64,000 bases of DNA from a virus. The position numbers and the translations under genes were made by a program. Positions 47,601-57,774 of this stretch are shown in pieces. The stretch spans positions 57,025 to 121,024 of the IMG/VR virus record IMGVR_UViG_3300016472_000940; one strand, 5' to 3'. Every line of letters starts with the position of its first letter. The first letter of the stretch is position 1. The notes under the pieces were generated by a model. The model ran no database searches, was not told the DNA's origin, and saw only the letters and a program-made list of their open reading frames with translations.

Positions 47601-48512
47601 GAGCGATTGGTACTGTCTGCCAGCAATACTGGTGCACTATTAGGACAAGAATCTGCGGGTACTGGTAGTTATAAATCATTAACTCTGGCCACCAGTGGTA
47701 CTAGCAGAGTCACCATATTAAGCTCTGGTCAAGTAGGTATCGGTACAACTGCTCCTGTGGAACAATTAACGGTTAATGGTAACGCAAGGGCAAATATCTT
47801 TATAGTACCTAACGCTGGACGCCTACAAAATGCACTCAGCACCCATTACATACAACTAGAAAATGATCTTACTCTTTGTGTAGGTAATGGTATTCGAACA
47901 TTATCTATTGCGGAAAATATAACCCCGGGTAACGGGGGTATTTGGATGCGCAACGATAGAATTATAGGATGGTCTACTGGGACACTGCCGCAAAACAGTG
48001 GCGATTTGAGATTAAAGAGAATTGGGGCGTCTAGCCTTGCTTTAGATAGCGGCGATACAGCCAACACCCCCAAGTTCACTGTATTTGGTGATATTAGTGC
48101 TAGTCGTGATATTTACAGTAATGCCACGGGTTATTTTAATCATGTGGCAGCAGCAACCAAATCATTCTATATTCCACACCCAATCAAATCTGGCATGCAC
48201 CTACAATATGGAAGCCTAGAATCACCTTACCATGGTGTACGTTTGACAGGTACTGCATCTGTAAAATGTGGCGATTCAGTTGTGGTACAGCTTCCTGATT
48301 ATATTTTCAGCCTGGTACATCAAGAGGGTGTAAATATTCAATTGACCAATTACCAGCATAACAAAACACTGTTTGTAGATGATATTAATGTGAATAACAA
48401 TACCTTTACCGTTAAATGTGAGAAGAAATTATTTGACAAAGGTGAATATAAATTCTTCTGGTCATTCACAGCTATCAGAAAAGACATACAAAAATTAGAA
48501 ACAGAAATTTAA
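44694..48512 (+). CDS. Large virion protein: N-terminal coiled coil plus fibre-like C-terminus
   Basis: About 580-aa Glu/Lys coiled coil, GGGGGS linker, Trp-periodic repeats, VGIGTTAP.EQLTVNG, C-terminal KSFYIPHP...LQYGSLESP; TAAATA at 44684. Confidence 0.7.
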   Translation: MNLYNVLLNNKIPFVLLENNDSENVIYCKSFSDYLFNVGTFVTKTKEVILEYVTEGEEKYVFVDVVLENGECLNNVKFKIVIDEHTETPYSTINFDSPVDITRVELPIQQKQIIEESDEVIEEPAPAYTSIPLIETPDYSETINEALKLQRKLNEEKEEIRKQKILLEKQNIVKRKIAEYKQGLLEDYFNATKKQTELLENNIKNSIATAEYELNEKITNTLNDLGFQLEEYRERTKEEQIKVVLKKLNETASSTKAEIADIISNRFITEHDNLVGTLYEKIKLLEETYQKKLIFELEQYKEEQNEILKNSIKEDITAAEEKLNEKITNTFNDLNLQLGEYNKKTKEEQIQIVLEKLEENAIATKTEITDIISNQFITEHDKLIEILFEKTVLLEETYQKKLIFELEQYKEKLFEEYKVFSSEIVEHTLQSKTDSIYQAIDEVIDKRQIEIKNYHDKRLDETRQEIDVFSKEIKAFSDHLKELEATFQESEEKFKSILTEKEETVTKVLEQKIANSKTEFDNIISEYTKRLPTITSSINTLETKVKTLIEEKTKLSKEDFSATQREHIAKTAQYWARRILELGGGGGSVAVQYAKGGTMDGNLSVNNLYPNNNNGEIGSPSNRWDRIYANQIDSLSSNIVVELSGFFVDGDFTVNGTISALGGNSNQWNSTYNTMQANSAGWESVESTVYANSAKWESNYTTTNTYSGLWQSVYTTVSAFSASWEESADITALQNSLTNVAVTSGNWNSNYTTTNSNSALWSNWSTVSASYALGSQYVKLSGDTMTGSLTLSPTDTVLNAPASLLVNSLSSQRTALSIAPVWNNSNTTYTALSVNATDTSSDASSKLMDLQVNGATKLNIDKTGTIFVKRANDGTSVLRAVDSDSGISLEGSTGSAVVIRRLGGAIARFDQNGLMIGDQGGVAGFGIGSSYVADDVRLCRDAANIFGQRKGTNAQTFRLYNTYTDASNYERLVLSASNTGALLGQESAGTGSYKSLTLATSGTSRVTILSSGQVGIGTTAPVEQLTVNGNARANIFIVPNAGRLQNALSTHYIQLENDLTLCVGNGIRTLSIAENITPGNGGIWMRNDRIIGWSTGTLPQNSGDLRLKRIGASSLALDSGDTANTPKFTVFGDISASRDIYSNATGYFNHVAAATKSFYIPHPIKSGMHLQYGSLESPYHGVRLTGTASVKCGDSVVVQLPDYIFSLVHQEGVNIQLTNYQHNKTLFVDDINVNNNTFTVKCEKKLFDKGEYKFFWSFTAIRKDIQKLETEI
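45272..45925 (+). repeat. Intragenic tandem duplication (2 x 327 bp, 109 aa)
   Basis: Identical 50-mer at 45549-45598 and 45876-45925; the protein units align along their length. Confidence 0.85.
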
Positions 48513-48513
48513 T

Positions 48514-49230
48514 ATGGCAAATACCTTAATAGTTCCAGCGTCTGGATTCATTTCCTTTAGTAATGATCCTCAAGGAAGCTCGACAATTCCAAATCTTTCC
48601 AACGCTTCTCAAATACAATATGATGGCGCAGGCGGTCTGGTAGTTTCCAGTTTAGCTCAAGCTACAAGCGCACTTACCCGTTTTTCTGTTGCAGGTAACA
48701 GAGGAATACTGCTCACCGTAACCGATACATTAACAGCTACTTTGAGTGCAAAAGGCGTCATCCACGCAGATGGCGGTAATAGCAATCAATGGAATAGCAA
48801 TTGGACTACTACTAATGCTAACAGTGCCAATTGGTCTGGTGCATATACTTCTTTTAGTGTTAATAGCGGATTTTATGATGCCGCGGTAAATGAATTGTTC
48901 ACTTATTTTATAACCGAAACAGGCGATGAGATTATTACTGAAGATAATCTATTATTTGCTTCTAGTAATTTAGATGGTTATCCTATTTGGAATTCTACAG
49001 CCGAAACATTATACAATCTTAGTGCAAATTGGATCACAAATCAATATTTAAATAATAACAATATCAGTGTAAGCGCGCTGACAGTAAACACTGCAGGGGT
49101 AACTGGGTTAAGCGCTGCAACCCTTCATGGAGTAGTCTCAGCATCCTCTTTAATAGCAACTAACTATGTTTTTTTACTTAAAATAAATAACAAATCTTAT
49201 GGTATACCCATATTTGAAATAACATATTAA
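48514..49230 (+). CDS. Virion/fibre-associated protein
   Basis: Shares GGNSNQWNS..TT..ANSA.W with the upstream gene; ITETGDEIITED motif. Confidence 0.65.
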   Translation: MANTLIVPASGFISFSNDPQGSSTIPNLSNASQIQYDGAGGLVVSSLAQATSALTRFSVAGNRGILLTVTDTLTATLSAKGVIHADGGNSNQWNSNWTTTNANSANWSGAYTSFSVNSGFYDAAVNELFTYFITETGDEIITEDNLLFASSNLDGYPIWNSTAETLYNLSANWITNQYLNNNNISVSALTVNTAGVTGLSAATLHGVVSASSLIATNYVFLLKINNKSYGIPIFEITY

Positions 49231-49249
49231 ATACATAAATAAATAGATT

Positions 49250-52200
49250 ATGGCGTTTGTTCAAAGAAAAATTACTGATTTCCCTTCTGCTTCTTCTTTA
49301 AATAGTTCAGACGTACTGCCTATTGTTTCTTTTCCAACAAATACTAATAAAAAAATATCTGGACAAACCTTAGCCGCAAGCCTGGCTACTAATTCTTTGC
49401 CTACCCTTACCAGCTATTTGATTAATAATGATTTAATTGTAGATGCTAGTATTTTAAATCCTAGTAACTTTGTCAAACCCGTACAAAATGATGCAGTGGA
49501 AAGAATTCGCGTATCAGATCCTCAATCCCTCATTGATACTGACTTTGAATATAGCTTACAATCTTCTAAGTGGGAAACCTTACAAACGTTAAACAACAGA
49601 CCGTCTTTATATATTCGTTCTAATGAACCAAGCTTTACGAACGAGCAAGTCAGAGGAATATTTGCTTCTACCGATCTTCTTGTTACTACACTCACTTCTA
49701 ATCCAGTCGTAGTATATGCAGATCCCCGTCAAACAAGAACTGGTCCGCTTTCATCCGGTTGGAGTGTGGTGTATGAGGGTGGATACCAAACAAATTATGA
49801 TAATTACGGGACTCCTTATGAAACTATTGATGCAACACTAGATTTTAATTTTATTACATCAAACCTTGCATTTCCGGTTAATTATTTTGGTAGTAATATT
49901 CCATCTATAACTTTTGGAGGGGGAATGGCCGGGGTACACCTTAGGGAGCCCGGTTATACTTTTTATGGTCTTAGTATTACTAGTAATCTTAATCAGGGAA
50001 TATATATAACAACATCTGGGGTATCTGGCACAACTACCGGTGGAGGGTCTTATGCACCTTTCAAGAGAATTTATAAAAGAGTTGAAGATGTAGGTACAGT
50101 AAATGAGAGACAAATATACCTTGCGTACGGGTTCACCAGTGATATTTCAAATAATTATAGTGCTGGTATTCCCAACCGCAATGAAAACTATGGTTATGAG
50201 GATTTAAAATTTTCTATAACATTTTACAAAAATATTCCTAATAAAATCTCTTTTCAAACACTCTCTGGTTATAATCCTGGGCAAAACATACACGTTACAG
50301 CCAATTATCCTTACAGTATAACTTATAACGTCTACCCCCCAACATCATATGCACCTTACTTTAACAAAAGAGTTTACGATTTTGCAACAGTTTTAGATTC
50401 TAATAATCTAAGAATTAATACAGCAGTAACTCCTACTAATTTGCTTTCAAGCGGCACACCCATTGTTCTAAGAGAAACTACTGACCCAACTAATATTGAT
50501 GGTAGTGGAATTTTATTAAGAGTTCTAAGTCAAGGTGCAGCCGGATCAAATACCCCGGCCTCTTTTATTGTATCGATGCCCCGGGTGGCAAATACCAGCC
50601 TCTCACTATCGCCTTCCGGGTTTAAAACTCAATACACAACCATCTATACTGGTGGTTTTTTTACTGATTCAGAAATTCCAATTATTGCTCTTTCAGGTTT
50701 AGCTAATACTACTAGCATTGAAGTTACAACTAAATCACCAGAAAAATTTTATTTAAATCAACCAATCTACATACTAGATACTGTTAATCTTGCAACGATT
50801 GATACACAATATGGTGCCTTTTTTATCAACAATATCACCTCACCTACCTCATTCACCTATACTAATGCTAATGCAATTAGTACTTACCCGATTAATACTA
50901 ATCTCTTTAGATCGACAAATAAACTTTATGTGAGACCCACAGGAGTTGCCTTACACAGAAGTACAGACGGGGGTGTTCAGATCAACTCTGGAGATATAAC
51001 ACCGAATTGCCAGATAATAAGACAGACAAGAAAATATTTCAGATATCAATCAGGTAAAAGTATGTTATTCAGTACTGGGTTACTGTTCAAACCCTCCTAT
51101 GATATACAAAGCGTCACGGTATCGCCCGGGCTCTACACTTCTGCAAACCCGTTTTATACTGTGACAGTAACTACAGACCAAGATCATGGATTTGTAGGGA
51201 CAAATTCATTTATTTCTGGTACTTCTATTAGCATAAGAGGGCTAGAAACAGCGCTCATACCAAACCCGTATAATGGTAATTTTATTGTACAGTCAATACT
51301 TTCAAACAAGAGCTTTACCGTAAGCTTACCGGTTTCAAGTTTAGACGTTGCACCGGTGGATTTATCCCCAGGAGGGGTTGGTAAAGTAGAGGTTTCTTCA
51401 TGGTATGATGGAACAGTTCGTTCTGGAATGTTTGACGATCAAAATGGAATTTATTTTCAATACGATGGTAGTTCTTTTGGTGTGGGAAGAAGATTTAGCA
51501 CAACAAACTTAACAGGAACGGTTAATCCTACTTATACGAGTACTTTGATAACTGGCAACAACACAAAATTTACTACTCAACTCTCTGTTGGTGATTTTAT
51601 TATTTTAAAGGGAATGGCATATTTGATAGATAGAATCAATAGCGATACATCTATTCAAGTTTCACCTAGCTACCGGGGACCGACCACCACTCTGGTAAAA
51701 ATAACCAAGCGTATAGACGAAGTAGTTAATCAAGAGAATTTTAATCTAGATAAGTTAGATGGCACCGGGCCTTCTGGTTATACTATTAATCTGAATAAAA
51801 TGCAGATGATTTATTTTGATTACAGTTGGTATGGAGCCGGTAGAATTCGGTGGGGGGTTAGATCCACCGATGGTAGTATCGTTTACTGTCACGAAATGCC
51901 CAACAATAATATCAATACAGAAGCTTACATGAGATCGGGTAACTTACCGGCTCGGTTTGAGATAACCACTAATTCGAAAGTAGGTAAAATTTTTCAAACC
52001 AATGCAATGGAATTTAATTATACTAACTCCACAAATATTTCGGTTAGTGCCACATTAAAACGTTCCACCGATTACATTAACTACTATAATTTGACGCCAC
52101 CGGTGAGTGCAGTTATTACCCCGGGCAGCACACAAACGTTCACAGTATCAACAAATAATCTTAATACGTTTTACGACTATAAACTTTTTGACACCCGAAA

Positions 52201-53059
52201 TATTGATTTACCAATAGACACGTATGGGTTATCAGGTTCCAATTTCTTTAGAATTAATTCTCTTACAAATATACCATTAGCAGGTAGACTTAATGTAGCC
52301 GATGAGTTTTTAACTTATACTACTATTAGTACTAATAGTAGTCCAGTAGAGAACAAACTAATTAGTGTCAATAGAAACACAGGCAATTTAAATACGGTTT
52401 CAAAATTTAATATAGGAAAATATAATTTACTATCACAAAATCAAAATTGCTCTCCCGCTCTTTCTCATTGGGGTACATCTGTTCTTATGGATGGTAAGTT
52501 TGATGTAGATAAGTCGTATTTATTTACGGCCATCAACAATAACAACCTAACGATACCAACAAACCAAGAAATTCCATTAATTTCTATAAGACTTGCACCT
52601 GCAGTAGATTCTGGCCTCTCAAGTATAGTTGGTATTAGAAATCTTATTAACCGCTCTTACCTATCACTTAAAAGCATAGGAATTATTACAAACAATACTT
52701 TAAACGTCAATGTCAAGTTAAATAGCTCCTCTTCATTATTTGAACGACTGTCAAGCTTTGTAAATCTTGGCACCGGTAGTATTGCACAATACATAGATCA
52801 TTCAAACCCTTTAATTGGTACTACTCCCCTGCCTACAGGAGGAGACACTATTCTTAGTTTTTATGCCAATGAACAGACTGCTGGTAGGCAGCAAGTTACT
52901 GTAGCAGATATTGATTCAATAAGAGAACTCAGCAATAGTATTCTTGGTGGAGATAAACCCTACCCAGACGGCCCAGATATACTAACAGTTTTAGCACGTG
53001 CTAATGCATCTCAGGCGACTGCTAGATGCAGAGTTTCTTGGACAGAGGCTCAAGGATGA
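49250..53059 (+). CDS. Large tail fibre/baseplate-associated protein, paralogue A
   Basis: 1269 aa, S/T/N-rich; RVSDPQSLIDTDFEY, RQTRKYFRYQSGK, C-terminal PDGPDILTV...SWTEAQG. Confidence 0.7.
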   Translation: MAFVQRKITDFPSASSLNSSDVLPIVSFPTNTNKKISGQTLAASLATNSLPTLTSYLINNDLIVDASILNPSNFVKPVQNDAVERIRVSDPQSLIDTDFEYSLQSSKWETLQTLNNRPSLYIRSNEPSFTNEQVRGIFASTDLLVTTLTSNPVVVYADPRQTRTGPLSSGWSVVYEGGYQTNYDNYGTPYETIDATLDFNFITSNLAFPVNYFGSNIPSITFGGGMAGVHLREPGYTFYGLSITSNLNQGIYITTSGVSGTTTGGGSYAPFKRIYKRVEDVGTVNERQIYLAYGFTSDISNNYSAGIPNRNENYGYEDLKFSITFYKNIPNKISFQTLSGYNPGQNIHVTANYPYSITYNVYPPTSYAPYFNKRVYDFATVLDSNNLRINTAVTPTNLLSSGTPIVLRETTDPTNIDGSGILLRVLSQGAAGSNTPASFIVSMPRVANTSLSLSPSGFKTQYTTIYTGGFFTDSEIPIIALSGLANTTSIEVTTKSPEKFYLNQPIYILDTVNLATIDTQYGAFFINNITSPTSFTYTNANAISTYPINTNLFRSTNKLYVRPTGVALHRSTDGGVQINSGDITPNCQIIRQTRKYFRYQSGKSMLFSTGLLFKPSYDIQSVTVSPGLYTSANPFYTVTVTTDQDHGFVGTNSFISGTSISIRGLETALIPNPYNGNFIVQSILSNKSFTVSLPVSSLDVAPVDLSPGGVGKVEVSSWYDGTVRSGMFDDQNGIYFQYDGSSFGVGRRFSTTNLTGTVNPTYTSTLITGNNTKFTTQLSVGDFIILKGMAYLIDRINSDTSIQVSPSYRGPTTTLVKITKRIDEVVNQENFNLDKLDGTGPSGYTINLNKMQMIYFDYSWYGAGRIRWGVRSTDGSIVYCHEMPNNNINTEAYMRSGNLPARFEITTNSKVGKIFQTNAMEFNYTNSTNISVSATLKRSTDYINYYNLTPPVSAVITPGSTQTFTVSTNNLNTFYDYKLFDTRNIDLPIDTYGLSGSNFFRINSLTNIPLAGRLNVADEFLTYTTISTNSSPVENKLISVNRNTGNLNTVSKFNIGKYNLLSQNQNCSPALSHWGTSVLMDGKFDVDKSYLFTAINNNNLTIPTNQEIPLISIRLAPAVDSGLSSIVGIRNLINRSYLSLKSIGIITNNTLNVNVKLNSSSSLFERLSSFVNLGTGSIAQYIDHSNPLIGTTPLPTGGDTILSFYANEQTAGRQQVTVADIDSIRELSNSILGGDKPYPDGPDILTVLARANASQATARCRVSWTEAQG
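51696..51965 (+). repeat. 270-bp direct repeat, copy 1
   Basis: Matches 55526-55795 with one mismatch seen (A51911 versus G55741). Confidence 0.9.
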
Positions 53060-56000
53060 GCTTTCCTTATAATAACAATACAATAGGTAACAGAATTTTT
53101 AAACCTATTCAAAACGATGCAGTAGAGCGGTTACGTACATCTGCACCTCAATCTATGATTGATACAGATTTTGAATACAGCTTACAGCCTACCAAATGGG
53201 AAACTCTAGAATTAATGAATAACATCCCATCATTCTTTAATAAATTTGAAGATATTCTAATACCAGCTGAATCTATAATCGGTTTGTCCGCAACATCTAC
53301 TTTAAATGTGACTGTTTCAACAGTACCGGCCAATATATCATTGTGGCCTGATCCCCAGCCTAGCTACAACGGTCCAATTGCCGCAGGTTGGACACGGGAA
53401 GTCCACCATATAGATGAAAGTGCTAGTAATGGAACCTTCTACAATTCTCCTATTGGCTTTAATATTAATATTAATAATGTAAGTATTAATCGGGTCGGCT
53501 TTCATGGTGGCGGTGCAATAGTTTTTGGTACAGGCAATTCACTTGGTTATTATTCTGATTATGGTGAAAATACTAATAATGTTTCAGGTGCTTTGACAGG
53601 TAGAGTCATGTTTCTTTCTGCTGGATCCGTCATTCCTAATATAGACTACGGAATTGCTCCTCCTGGAAATATTTTTGATGCATCTGCCGTTTTTAAACGG
53701 CAAGTATCTGGTGGCACCAATCCTCTAGGCCCATACTATGTTAGTAACACCGATAATTTAACAATTATTAATGATGGAAGTCTTGGTGGAGACGATGCCG
53801 GCATTTATACTTCTCCTTTTCAAGTCTCATTAAGGAGGGTATATTTCAGAACATTAGATGCAGGGCAACCAAACGAAAGAAAGGTCTATTATGTATTTTG
53901 TACTGGCCCGGGTCTCACGTACTGGCCAAACACTACATTTAATAGAACTAACAGATTCCTTAATTATGGAAAAGAGCCAAGCCGCAAAGTGGTTGAAATA
54001 TACAGAAATCAACCCCGTGTGGATATTACCACCATAAGTGGTACTTCCGGTTTAGATTCTTGGACAGAACAACCCGGTGGCCCGGTTTTAAACAGAAACA
54101 TGTTTACACAGTTTGGTATTTCGTATGGTGTAGATGTTCTCTACAATGAAGGAAACCATTCTACTACAACAAGCCAGCTACAAGGAAGCGCTAAAAGGAT
54201 AAACTACGGTGCTATTAAAGCAGGGGGAGGTGTATTATTACGAATATCAAATACAGCAACACAGACGTTATCTGTGGGTCAACCTATTTTTATTGATAAT
54301 TCCTTAGAAAGCACTGTAGACGGAACCGGTATTGTTGTAGGCCTTTCATCTAATCCATCTTTTACAGATTACACTATTATTCCAAGAAAAAGATTTATAC
54401 CAACAAGCGTTCGTAGAAACTATGCAACAACTCTAACAAACATATACCCCGCAGGCATATATACTAACTCCAGTATACCCTTCACCTCAATTGTACCAAT
54501 ATCTGGTACAGATTCTGTAATGATTAGAACCCCAAACCCACATAACATGTATCTTGGTCAGCCATTTTTTGTTGTGGACCCTACCAAATCAGATTTTGAT
54601 CAGTTTCCATGGATTGGTGGTTTTACTGTTGATACCATAAAAGATACAAATAGCTTCACTTACAAAACAAACACTGCTGCGTTTCCTGAAATAACTACTT
54701 TTACAAATCTTAATACAGTTAAACTGTATGTGCGTCCAGAGGGTATAGCTCGTCACAGATATACCGATGGTGGTGTACAGATTAATAGTGGCAATAATAC
54801 ACCTTACACACAAATTATAAGACAAACAAGAAATTATTTTAGATATCAGTCTGGTAAAAGCATTCTCTTTAGTACAGGGTTGCTATTTAAACCTAGTTAT
54901 GATGTTGAATCTTTTACAGTTGATGCTTCACAATATTTAAATCAGCAAGCACCAATTATTAATCTCACAATCAAAACTGAACAACCTCATGGTTTTGCCC
55001 TTGATTCTTCTTATCTAGAAGGCCCACTCATACAAACAAGAGAATTTTCTGTAAGGTCTGGTATTAATAGATATAACGACTTGTTCAGAGTGACGGGCAT
55101 AGTAAATGAGTATATATTCACTATAAGCATACCAGTATCTAGCTCTTTTTCATCACTTTACGCATCACCGGGATATGCCGCTCCAAGTGACTTTTTTCCA
55201 GGAGGAAACCCCAAGGTTGATGTAATTGAATGGAACGATGTCGCGGTAAGATCTGGTATGTATGATGAGCAAAATGGAATATATTTTGAATGTGATGGCA
55301 GAAGACTCAAGGTTGGTAAGAGAACTAGCACTTTAAATTTAGCTGGTACAGTATCTGTAGCAGCTGATAGTAATATTGTTACTGGTCAAGGTACTAAGTT
55401 TTTATCACAGCTTCAGGTAAATGATTATATCACGATAAAAGGCATTAGCTTTATAGTAACCGGTATTATTAGTGACACCTTACTTTATATTTCGCCTAAA
55501 TATTCTGCTCAAACAAATTCAGGGATAAAAATAACCAAGCGTATAGACGAAGTAGTTAATCAAGAGAATTTTAATCTAGATAAGTTAGATGGCACCGGGC
55601 CTTCTGGTTATACTATTAATCTGAATAAAATGCAGATGATTTATTTTGATTACAGTTGGTATGGAGCCGGTAGAATTCGGTGGGGGGTTAGATCCACCGA
55701 TGGTAGTATCGTTTACTGTCACGAAATGCCCAACAATAATGTCAATACAGAAGCTTACATGAGATCGGGTAACTTACCGGCTCGGTTTGAGATAATTAAC
55801 TTACCACAAACCGGCAAGTTACTTCAAGGTAATAAAATAAACATACTAGCCAGCAACACTATTGCTAATTCTGCTATATTAGTTAATGTAAAAAAAGCAT
55901 CAACCCCACAAGGTCCTTTCTTTAATATGACCCCCCCGGTATCTGCCCGTCTTCTTCCATTTAGTAATCCAGCTGCTAATACAGGGTTTATTTATAATTT

Positions 56001-57774
56001 TGATGGTAATGGTAATAATACCGGTAAAATTAAACCTAATAATGATTTTAGAAGTGTTGCTGCAATAGGCGCGGGGGCAACTTATTCTAATTTTTCTAAA
56101 TTTGGTACTGGTAGCGTTTCACTCTCTATGACCCCTGCACTACAATTTAGCAGCAATTCCACCTTCAAACCTGGAATAAGAATTTACGGTAACTTTTACT
56201 ATACGGGCGCTTTTAATAATAGTTATATGGCAGGTGATTTTTGTATTGAAGGTTTTTTCTACTTCACCGATTTTAGATCGTCAACTTATATTCATTACCC
56301 TTACGCTAATACTGCTACTATATTGGATCCAATATTATTTGGACTTTTTGATTATAATTATTTCAGTAATCGGGACGTAGAAAACTACGGTCTTAATGTT
56401 AGAGCACATAGAACCTCAGGAAGTACTACTTTTATTAAAGCTAGTTTTGGTGAGTCAGTCAGTTCTTTTTCGCAAGCACTAACTTCAAATACTCAATGTC
56501 TTAGTCTTAACACCTGGCACCATGTAGCCCTACAAAGATCCAACAATACATCTAAGGTTTTTGTAGATGGAGTTCCTGTAATAACCAAAACGAATGATAT
56601 ATCTGTTTATACTTTTAGCGGTTACAACCCTATTAATTTTGGCGGGTACCCTTACATGTACGGAAGTTCCGGTGAAAATTTTTGTAATTCTATGGTTCTT
56701 ATAGATGAAATAAGAGGTGTATTTGGCGCTACCGTATATGACCCTGAAGGATTTTCTCCACCTACATCATCCTTAACTACATCAACATTTACAGTCTCTT
56801 CCTTTTATCTTAACCATACCATACAAAAAGATATAAAAGAAACAGAAAATGATTATTATAAAGTTTTTACTCTACCTAACAACAGTATTCCTTATGTAAG
56901 GGAAATACCTTCTATACAAACTTTAGTAAGTACTGCTTCTACCATATCAGTTAGTCCTTCTGCAACTTTTATGATACCCAGTTCAGGGAGACTTTTATTA
57001 GGATCTGAATATATTCATTACTCTAAAGTAGCCACAAAACCTTCAGGAGAACAAGTTCTTGAGATAAAAAACCGTAATGTAGGGGGTCTCGCTTCTCCTG
57101 GAGATATTAACCTTTACACAAACAACACATATACAAACATTTTTTCAATTAATAATAACTGCTCCCCTGCTCTTTCTCATTGGGGTACTTCTGTTATTAT
57201 GGATGGATTATTTACTGAGGATAAATCTTATTTGTTTACAGCTTCCATGTCGGCGTTTGCATTTCCCGAGTCTACCTTGATAGATGTTCCTTTGGTATCC
57301 ATTAGACTTGCACCTGCAGCAGATTATGGGTTGGGGTCACCACTGGGCATAAGAAACCTTATCAACAGGTCAATTATAACATTAAATGATATTCAGATAG
57401 TCACCAGACAAGCTGTAAGTATTACCGTGAAAGTAAATGCAGACTCACCTCTTTGGGCACAGTCCTCAAAATGGTTACCGGCCGGTAACGGTAGTATTTC
57501 ACAATATATGGATCACTCCTTGCCTAGTAATGTAGCTCCAATTAGTGGTGGAGTTGTGGTATTCGGGTTTCTCGCCGGAGAACAAGAGGTAGGAAGAAAC
57601 CAGGTCACACAATATCCTATAAGTATAATTAGAAATCTTGGAAATTCTATTCTTGGGGGAGATCGAGTTTATCCTGATGGTCCAGACATATTAACAGTTT
57701 TTGCTAGACCATTTACTAGCAGTTTAAGCAATAGAACGTTGGCTAAAATAAGCTGGCTTGAAGCTCAAGGTTAA
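53056..57774 (+). CDS. Large tail fibre/baseplate-associated protein, paralogue B, with LamG-like insert
   Basis: Same conserved blocks as paralogue A plus DFCIEGFFYF...WHHVALQR...VFVDG...IDEIR; ATG 53056 overlaps the upstream stop. Confidence 0.7.
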   Translation: MSFPYNNNTIGNRIFKPIQNDAVERLRTSAPQSMIDTDFEYSLQPTKWETLELMNNIPSFFNKFEDILIPAESIIGLSATSTLNVTVSTVPANISLWPDPQPSYNGPIAAGWTREVHHIDESASNGTFYNSPIGFNININNVSINRVGFHGGGAIVFGTGNSLGYYSDYGENTNNVSGALTGRVMFLSAGSVIPNIDYGIAPPGNIFDASAVFKRQVSGGTNPLGPYYVSNTDNLTIINDGSLGGDDAGIYTSPFQVSLRRVYFRTLDAGQPNERKVYYVFCTGPGLTYWPNTTFNRTNRFLNYGKEPSRKVVEIYRNQPRVDITTISGTSGLDSWTEQPGGPVLNRNMFTQFGISYGVDVLYNEGNHSTTTSQLQGSAKRINYGAIKAGGGVLLRISNTATQTLSVGQPIFIDNSLESTVDGTGIVVGLSSNPSFTDYTIIPRKRFIPTSVRRNYATTLTNIYPAGIYTNSSIPFTSIVPISGTDSVMIRTPNPHNMYLGQPFFVVDPTKSDFDQFPWIGGFTVDTIKDTNSFTYKTNTAAFPEITTFTNLNTVKLYVRPEGIARHRYTDGGVQINSGNNTPYTQIIRQTRNYFRYQSGKSILFSTGLLFKPSYDVESFTVDASQYLNQQAPIINLTIKTEQPHGFALDSSYLEGPLIQTREFSVRSGINRYNDLFRVTGIVNEYIFTISIPVSSSFSSLYASPGYAAPSDFFPGGNPKVDVIEWNDVAVRSGMYDEQNGIYFECDGRRLKVGKRTSTLNLAGTVSVAADSNIVTGQGTKFLSQLQVNDYITIKGISFIVTGIISDTLLYISPKYSAQTNSGIKITKRIDEVVNQENFNLDKLDGTGPSGYTINLNKMQMIYFDYSWYGAGRIRWGVRSTDGSIVYCHEMPNNNVNTEAYMRSGNLPARFEIINLPQTGKLLQGNKINILASNTIANSAILVNVKKASTPQGPFFNMTPPVSARLLPFSNPAANTGFIYNFDGNGNNTGKIKPNNDFRSVAAIGAGATYSNFSKFGTGSVSLSMTPALQFSSNSTFKPGIRIYGNFYYTGAFNNSYMAGDFCIEGFFYFTDFRSSTYIHYPYANTATILDPILFGLFDYNYFSNRDVENYGLNVRAHRTSGSTTFIKASFGESVSSFSQALTSNTQCLSLNTWHHVALQRSNNTSKVFVDGVPVITKTNDISVYTFSGYNPINFGGYPYMYGSSGENFCNSMVLIDEIRGVFGATVYDPEGFSPPTSSLTTSTFTVSSFYLNHTIQKDIKETENDYYKVFTLPNNSIPYVREIPSIQTLVSTASTISVSPSATFMIPSSGRLLLGSEYIHYSKVATKPSGEQVLEIKNRNVGGLASPGDINLYTNNTYTNIFSINNNCSPALSHWGTSVIMDGLFTEDKSYLFTASMSAFAFPESTLIDVPLVSIRLAPAADYGLGSPLGIRNLINRSIITLNDIQIVTRQAVSITVKVNADSPLWAQSSKWLPAGNGSISQYMDHSLPSNVAPISGGVVVFGFLAGEQEVGRNQVTQYPISIIRNLGNSILGGDRVYPDGPDILTVFARPFTSSLSNRTLAKISWLEAQG
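55526..55795 (+). repeat. 270-bp direct repeat, copy 2
   Basis: Matches 51696-51965. Confidence 0.9.

Noticed and set aside
51696-55795. Diversity-generating retroelement TR/VR pair (the single mismatch is at an A)
   Set aside because: Only one mismatch, both copies are in frame in a conserved internal domain, and there is no reverse transcriptase in the window.
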